Source: Octopus sinensis (lineage: Eukaryota). Taken from it: a DNA stretch of 64,000 nt. Location: the NCBI RefSeq assembly GCF_006345805.1, contig NC_043002.1, positions 51,708,001-51,772,000 of the forward strand, read 5' to 3'. Shown here piece by piece: positions 63,963-64,000 of the stretch. A model generated the notes under the pieces. The model saw only the letters and a program-made list of their open reading frames with translations, did no database searches and was not told the DNA's origin. Every line of letters begins with the position of its first letter. Within the stretch, counting starts at the first letter, position 1. Position numbers and translations under genes: made by a program.

Positions 63963-64000
63963 CATATATATATATATATCTATATATATATATATATATA

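Overview
Eukaryotic, AT-rich, repeat-saturated DNA with very dense microsatellites. The three recurring tRNA-headed SINE families and the microsatellite density resemble an octopus/coleoid genome (inferred from recognition, not from a search). No complete protein-coding gene could be identified. Most listed ORFs are microsatellite or SINE artefacts, and the real coding remnants are transposons: Penelope-like elements (PLEs; a near full-length Neptune-like copy at 33.6-38.8 kb with inverted pseudo-LTRs, a Naiad-like RT, several GIY-YIG fragments), an RTE LINE, CR1 LINEs, R4/Dong-like RLE LINE fragments, Helitrons and Tc1/mariner fragments. The main hidden layer is RNA structure. About a dozen minimal type I hammerhead ribozyme (HHR) motifs occur, with three covariant versions of the core 3-8 pair (C-G, U-A, G-C). 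Many sit in inverted-repeat (foldback) structures from 0.4 to 7.4 kb. There is also a good pre-miRNA-like hairpin (49244-49302), a neuropeptide-precursor-like exon (49934-50091) and a YY1/CpG promoter-like patch (about 4.2 kb). All calls were made by eye and need computational or experimental confirmation.
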